From Macrostomum lignano (taxonomy: Eukaryota): 64,000 nucleotides of DNA. The notes below the pieces were generated by a model, which worked only from the letters and a program-made list of their open reading frames with translations, was not told the DNA's origin and made no database searches. Made by a program: the position numbers and the translations under genes. Positions 63,001 to 64,000 of the stretch are shown in pieces. Every line of letters begins with the position of its first letter. The first letter of the stretch is position 1. Where the stretch lies: positions 134,587-198,586 of the forward strand of contig NIVC01000985.1 in the NCBI GenBank assembly GCA_002269645.1. The letters are read 5' to 3'.

Positions 63001-63739
63001 AAGGCGGCCCAATCGGTGTTCCTGACGTTCCGACTCCAAGTGACCTTAGGCTTTTGCTTGGTCGGCCCAATGCAAAAGCGGATAAAGCGGTGGTCCGAGA
63101 GCGAGTCCTCGTCCCACACTCGCCAGCCCGTAACTGCGGAAAGCAGTCCGGGTGAGGCGATGGTGGTGTCGATGACTTCGGCCCACCGCCCATTATTGAA
63201 CGTTGGTGCATTGCCCACGTTACAGAAATTGAGGTTAGTGCTGCTGACATAGGCCAGCAGCTCCTCGCCTCTGCTATTGATGTTTTTGCTGCCCCAATGC
63301 AGGTGGTGTGCGTTCACATCCCCTGCAATGAGCAGCTCGAACCGATGGGACGCAGCATAGTCAATAAGGTTGACTAGCGCGTCGCAGACAACTGGGGCAT
63401 CGCCCGGGGAATAGGCAGATGCTACCAGCACAGGTTTATTGGGAATGAGGTTATTGATTTGAACAACACAGATGTCCCCAGACGAGAGATCAGGTCTCAT
63501 CCATGCCTCAAAAGCTTTCGCAGCAAAGACCAGAGATCTTGGGCGAGGCTGAGAGCCCGCCATGCAAAAACAGTGGTAGCCAGATGGCACATTATTTGGC
63601 TTACCTTTAGTCATCCAGGGCTCCTGTACGAAGACCAGGCCCGGAAGCTGTTGCTCTGCCGTGCGCATCAGATTGACCGACGACGCGCCACGCAGTGCTG
63701 GGTGTTGATCTGCAGACACCAGGTAGTCGCTGGCATCAT
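60037..63739 (-). CDS. LINE ORF2 polyprotein (APE-RT-RNase H), broken by at least four frameshifts
   Basis: Pieces in ORFs 62886-63719, 61901-62698, 61725-61910 and 60037-62076. Breaks near 63690, 62000 and 61830 are repaired by one C or G; a fourth near 62930 was not resolved to the base. Confidence 0.88.
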
Positions 63740-64000
63740 TGCAGATCGGATGTTGCAGCCGCCAGGAGTTCCTCCTCCTCCTCGGCGCTCACCGGCTTCG
63801 GGTCGGGGTCGCCGGTGTCCATGGGCTCTTCTTCAGCAAAAGGCCCCCGATTGGCTGGAAGGCAGTAGGCAGCGTTCGCCGCCCTTTGCCCACCATCCAT
63901 GGGTCCTCCGCCTCAGATTGGCCCAATGCCCTGGAGCAGCCAGCCGCCTGGGCAGGCGGGTCCGTCTCCAGTCGCCCTGCCCCGAGGGTTGGGCCTCAGC
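63736..64000 (-). CDS. LINE ORF1, acidic C-terminal end
   Basis: ...PFAEEEPMDTGDPDPKPVSAEEEEELLAAATSDLQ*. TGA at 63738-63736 overlaps the ORF2 ATGs. Confidence 0.65.

Larger units (their letters stand above)
59920..64000 (-). mobile_element. Non-LTR retrotransposon, I group (LOA/Lian-like): ORF1 end, ORF2 (APE-RT-RNase H-CCHC), 3' UTR and (TAAGTCAAG)2 tail; runs off the right edge
   Basis: APE QINTQHC, QEPW, GDVNAHH, SDH. RT KAPGPDG, FRPISL, FLDIEG(AFD), QGGVLTP, YADD. RNase H YTDGS, SDSQAA, WIPGH..GNERAD. C-terminal CPFC..E.AENFICHC. Confidence 0.93.

Noticed and set aside
60304-63252. Plus-strand ORFs over the LINE, and minus-strand ORFs over DEG/ENaC (54763, 57490, 59158)
   Set aside because: Antisense shadows of GC-rich coding sequence.

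Overview
Eukaryotic (metazoan) genomic DNA with GC-rich exons, AT-rich introns and GT-AG splicing; one 747-N scaffold gap. Gene style and repeat load suggest a lophotrochozoan invertebrate such as a free-living flatworm, but that is unverified inference. Five host genes can be reconstructed by hand: a SAMD1/Atherin-like winged-helix + SAM protein (-), an orphan class A peptide-type GPCR split by a false gap (-), a tyramine/octopamine-type amine GPCR (2 exons, +), an ABHD14A-like membrane-anchored hydrolase (3 exons, -) and a DEG/ENaC channel (5 exons, +, about 707 aa). Mobile DNA: a near-complete RNase H-bearing I-group (LOA/Lian-like) LINE, a diverged 3' fragment of a related LINE, two copies of a tRNA-headed SINE and two MULE-like MITEs with 9-bp TSDs. 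About 18 different micro/minisatellite arrays cover roughly a fifth of the window (hand estimate about 13 kb). Most ORF-track entries are repeat or antisense artefacts. The best candidate for an undescribed system is a SINE-LINE pair sharing a 3' RNA structure that is conserved, with compensatory base changes, across two LINE subfamilies and the SINE tail. One SINE copy also shows a minisatellite arising from an internal 18-mer. Most of the frameshifts I could resolve are 1-bp deletions in homopolymer runs and are probably consensus errors.
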